A stretch of DNA of 64,000 nt. Source: Selaginella moellendorffii. Its lineage: Eukaryota; Plantae; Lycopodiophyta. Under the pieces are notes generated by a model. The model ran no database searches. It saw only the letters and a list, made by a program, of their open reading frames with translations, and was not told the DNA's origin. Of this stretch, positions 60,310 through 64,000 are shown in pieces. How positions within the stretch are numbered: the first letter of the stretch is position 1; every line of letters starts with the position of its first letter. The translations under genes were made by a program, and so were the position numbers. Where the stretch lies: positions 382,859-446,858 of the forward strand of contig NW_003314307.1 of assembly GCF_000143415.4 (NCBI RefSeq), read 5' to 3'.

Positions 60310-62460
60310 CTGCTATTTTTTAAATGAACTGAAAAGGTCTGCTCTAGTACACAAAGTGAAATGCATGTATCTTTTTATAGCTCGAAGTGTCTTGCAGCCA
60401 CTGTTATTGAACAGTATCTTTTGTGTCCATTAAAGCGCGTTGAGGTTGAACAAGCAAACAAGGGGCAACAGGGTTTGGCTGCTATAGATTTATACGTGTC
60501 AATGCCATGGAATCTTTAAATTTAAAGTCAAGAGTTGAATTTGGATTTCAACTTTGAGTTTGAGTTTGAGTTTGCTTTGAATTATATTTAAAAGAAGATA
60601 TTTATTAGCTAGCAGGGTTTGACTTCCCTAGGGGCCACATGCTCCAAAAAGGATAGTAAGGGAAAGAGTGTTGCACGTAACCAAGGGTAGACCTCGGGTG
60701 CCCAGCTCCACACTCCCTGCTGGTGTTCCAGCTCAGGCTTAAGCCCTCTTGTTCTGCTTCTTACTTGAATTCAGACTCCATCTGGCTTGGACTTGGACAT
60801 GGACATCTAGAGTTGAAGCCCAAAACTTGCTTGCAAAAATTAACTATGGCTGCTAGAGGAATCTGTTGTTGGTCGATTTCACCACGAAATATTAGTGTTC
60901 TTGGCCAGGGTTCATAATTGTTGTGGATAGCTACTTGCATCTCTGGGGTACAGGGCCACACTCAAGGCGTTATCAGCTAGGAGAGGTTTTAAGTTTCTAG
61001 TGCTATTCTTCTCATTCTCAATCTCAATGTTTCAATGCAGCTCCTTTCAGTTCATACACTCGGTCTGGACAATTGTTGGCTACTGCTGAAAATTTTGCCA
61101 TGGATTTGGATGGTATAGTTTTTTTTGTAGGCTCCTAAGCAAGGAAGAAGTAAAAAACAGGGTTTAGTACCAAATGGCCAAGGATTTGGCCTGGATTTGA
61201 GGAAGTTGCAGAAGTTGAAATATCAAATTTAATTTCTCCATGCAAAAGAACTCTTGTGTGGTTCGAAAAAAAATAAAGTTCATCACACAATGCGATTTTC
61301 ACAACCCCACCCCTTTTTTTTTTGCAAAACCTTAAAATTACAGTAAAAAAAAAAAACAAATTGCCCCAAAAAAAAGCACTCTACCCGAGTACGAACACAT
61401 GCAAACCGGAATAAACAAAACTGGTTTGCTTACAAACCAGTTCGGTGAAAGCCATTTCAATTTCAAACCAGTTTTTGCCTGAGGTGAGGTGGTTGTAAGC
61501 TCCCATGAGGCCTGAACTTCCTTTATGTGAAGCTCCAGTAAGGCCAAGCCACATCATAACTTAAGAGGTTTAGGTTTAGTTTGCCATGGAAGATTAATGA
61601 ATATCTATAATAGTAGAAGGGAATATTTTTACAAAGTGTGACCAAGGATATAGAATCCATACTTCTATATATTAGTGATTTTGAGAAGTTGGCTCTGAGT
61701 TTGCCTCATCTAGCATCAGAAACGCTGGATCCTTGATCACAGCCCTGGCAATGATGATTCTTTGCTTTTGTCTCCATGGTCAAGGTAATGTTATCTTTCT
61801 CCAACCTCGGTTCTTGTCTTTCTAGGGCCGAGGCCCTACAAAAGAAACCTGGGAAGGACCTGTACAAGCCACTGATCCAGTGCAAAAAATTCACATGGTA
61901 CACAAGGTTTTTAGAGCTTGGCAAAAATTCCTCGCAGCTTGGTTGACTCTGCAGGCTCAGCTTCTAAAGAGATTGTCTAGAGCTACTGTCTCCATCATGT
62001 TCGCCACCTTTGGGCCTCAAATTTCACTGAGTGAGAGTTTTTTTCTGTGCATTGCGTGAATATGGTGTGCCAGCTCAAATGGTGTTCAACATGCCATCGA
62101 AAAATAGAGCCAAGTTCTTGCATGTTTTCAATTTATACTTTCTGTTTTACTTTGGATTACTGTGCAGGTTCAGCTGAATTGTTGTCGCAACAACTATCAC
62201 CCGTGCCCCAATCGGTCCTTCGCCCAATAGCAGCCCAATCACCCACTGGGTTGTCACTCACTTTCCCCCAAACTGGGTCTCTCTCTTTGGCCAGTGTATG
62301 GCCTTCTCTGGTCCCACTCGGGCTGCTGGGGGGCATTGGGTGGTAGAAACACAGTTGGGGCCCAGCAGATCAAAGAATCTCCCTCCAAACCCATCCAAGT
62401 GGTGATCACATTGGTTCAGTGGATCAGTGGGTGTCAAACAGCTCAAGCCAGAGTGGTGAA

Positions 62461-64000
62461 TGTTGTGGTATTATGAAACGGTGTTGTGTTATTATTATGA
62501 CGGTTGATACATGGTTAAATGTATGGGTTTATCGTGACGATCCGTGGCGGCGTCTGGATCGCTCACGTGGCTGTGTGCTGACGTGGTCTTGTTCACTCCC
62601 ACACTCCTCCTCAAGGCCAACGTCTAAAGTCAGCCCAAGAGCCTTCGTGAAGACTTCATGTTTAACACGAGGAAGTGGTTTTGTTAGCACGTCCGCTAGC
62701 ATGGAGTTTGTCGGGCAGAACTCCAGCTCGATCATTCCTCTCTGGATCTGCTCTCGTATGAAATGGAAGCGCAGCTCAATATGTTTAGTACGAGAGTGGA
62801 ACCTGGAGTTCTTGGTCAAAGCTATTGCAGACTGGTTGTCACACAATAGCCTAACCACGCCCGTGTTGATTTGTAGATCCTGGAGAAGTCCCTTCAGCCA
62901 CGCTGCTTCCTTGGTTGCAGCTGCTGCAGCTATGTACTCAGCCTCAGTACTCGACATCGCTGTAATAGCCTGTCGTTTGCTGCACCAGCTTGCGACATTT
63001 CCATTTAGCAGGAAAACGTAGCCTGTGGTTGACTTCCTGTTGTCTGGATCCCCGGCCCAATCAGCATCAGAGTAACCAACCAGCTTATTGCCGCTCTCGC
63101 CTCTGGAGTACTTTAAAGTTAGCTGGTTAGTCCCTGCCACGTACCTCATAATACGTTTCAAAGCCTGCCAGTGTGCTGTGGAGGGACGGTCCAGGTACTT
63201 CGCCACTGTTCCCACAGCATACGCAAGGTCAGGCCGAGTGGAGATTACCAGGTAGATCAGGCTGCCGACCATAGAGCGATAGACTGCTCTAGATGCTTTC
63301 TCCTCCTCGGGAGATTGATCAAGGTACTCTCCACTCTCAGCAGATAATTTCGTGCCTGTTTCCATGGGAGTAGCAACCGGATTAACATGAGCAAGGCCAT
63401 ACCTCTGGAGCACGTCGGAAACATATTTTGCCTGGCTTAGCTCCAGAGTGCCTCGTTCCCTGTTGCGCGTCACCTGGATACCGAGGCAGAAATGCAACTC
63501 ACCGAGGTCTTTCATGGCAAATTTAGCGCCAAGGTACGTTTTAAATTTGTGGATCAAACGTAGCTGATTTGCCACGAGAATAGCATCGTCCACATATAGC
63601 GCAAGGAACAAATAGCCCTCAGCGTCAAAATATATGTAGAGGTTACAATCAGCAGCACTGCGCACGAAACCAAGGGAAATTAGAAAAGAATCTATTTTCG
63701 TGTACCATTGGCGTGGCGACTGCTTGAGTCCGTAGAGAGCTTTGTTAAGCTTGCAAACGAGGTGTTCTTCTCCAGGCTGGATAAAACCAGGAGGCTGAGC
63801 CACATACACCTCTTCATCGATGTCGCCAAGGAACGCAGTGCAAACGTCAAGTTGATGGAGCTCGAGATCCAATTCTGCAGCTAGGATTAGTAGCATACGA
63901 ATGGTTGTGAGTTTCACCACCGGGCTGTAAGTCTCCGAGTAGTCCAGCCCATGAACTTGAGAAAATCCGCGTGCCACAAATCTCGCCTTGTAGCGCTCAA
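62461..64000 (-). mobile_element. Ty1/copia LTR retrotransposon, 3' part (RT, RNase H, PPT, short 3' LTR); continues beyond the window
   Basis: pol ORF ending at 62529. PPT GAGGAGGAG, then an LTR starting TGTGGG at 62603 and probably ending ...CCACAACA at 62461 (about 143 bp). Confidence 0.9.
62529..64000 (-). CDS. Copia pol fragment: reverse transcriptase plus RNase H
   Basis: KARFVARGFSQ..G.DY.ETYSPV, QLDV.TAFL, LNKALYGLKQSPRQW, LYVDD, TRPDLAYAV, GYSDADWAG..D.RKSTTGY, SSTEAEYIA, CDNQSAI, RTKHIELRFHFIRE, ADVLTKPL. Confidence 0.93.
   Translation of the reverse strand, partial: ERYKARFVARGFSQVHGLDYSETYSPVVKLTTIRMLLILAAELDLELHQLDVCTAFLGDIDEEVYVAQPPGFIQPGEEHLVCKLNKALYGLKQSPRQWYTKIDSFLISLGFVRSAADCNLYIYFDAEGYLFLALYVDDAILVANQLRLIHKFKTYLGAKFAMKDLGELHFCLGIQVTRNRERGTLELSQAKYVSDVLQRYGLAHVNPVATPMETGTKLSAESGEYLDQSPEEEKASRAVYRSMVGSLIYLVISTRPDLAYAVGTVAKYLDRPSTAHWQALKRIMRYVAGTNQLTLKYSRGESGNKLVGYSDADWAGDPDNRKSTTGYVFLLNGNVASWCSKRQAITAMSSTEAEYIAAAAATKEAAWLKGLLQDLQINTGVVRLLCDNQSAIALTKNSRFHSRTKHIELRFHFIREQIQRGMIELEFCPTNSMLADVLTKPLPRVKHEVFTKALGLTLDVGLEEECGSEQDHVSTQPRERSRRRHGSSR

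Noticed and set aside
60600-62460. Short ORFs between the S-domain kinase and the copia LTR
   Set aside because: No motif I can identify; possibly old TE sequence but not supportable.

Overview
This is gene-dense land-plant nuclear DNA. Very short GT-AG introns (about 50-100 bp), tiny intergenic gaps, an S-motif-rich PLS PPR gene and a sperm-flagellar gene point to a lycophyte, most likely Selaginella (inference). Order from left to right: AT-rich LINE-like relic; GDSL lipase (-); plastid PNPase (+); DnaJ11-type J protein (-); CRCK-type kinase (+); glutamate decarboxylase (-); degenerate tRNA-Arg(TCG); three tandem FAD-dependent monooxygenase copies (-); a 7.2-kb non-coding LTR retroelement (two LTRs, TSD, PBS, PPT) followed by an LTR-less copy of its interior; LRR-RLK exon relics; EPC1/GT64 with a 1-bp frameshift (-); snurportin-1 (+); CDF-type Dof factor (+); condensin II CAP-G2 (+); a 12-repeat SHIPPO/ODF3-like protein (-); a PLS-E PPR (-); a deleted copy of the SHIPPO gene; decayed TE sequence; a G-type lectin S-domain receptor kinase (-); and the 3' end of a Ty1/copia element. 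The best leads are the monooxygenase array (chimeric middle copy, unusual HWGP motif), the SHIPPO-repeat flagellar gene, and the G/T-skewed non-autonomous LTR element with G-box arrays. I cannot support a wholly new multi-gene system from the sequence alone.
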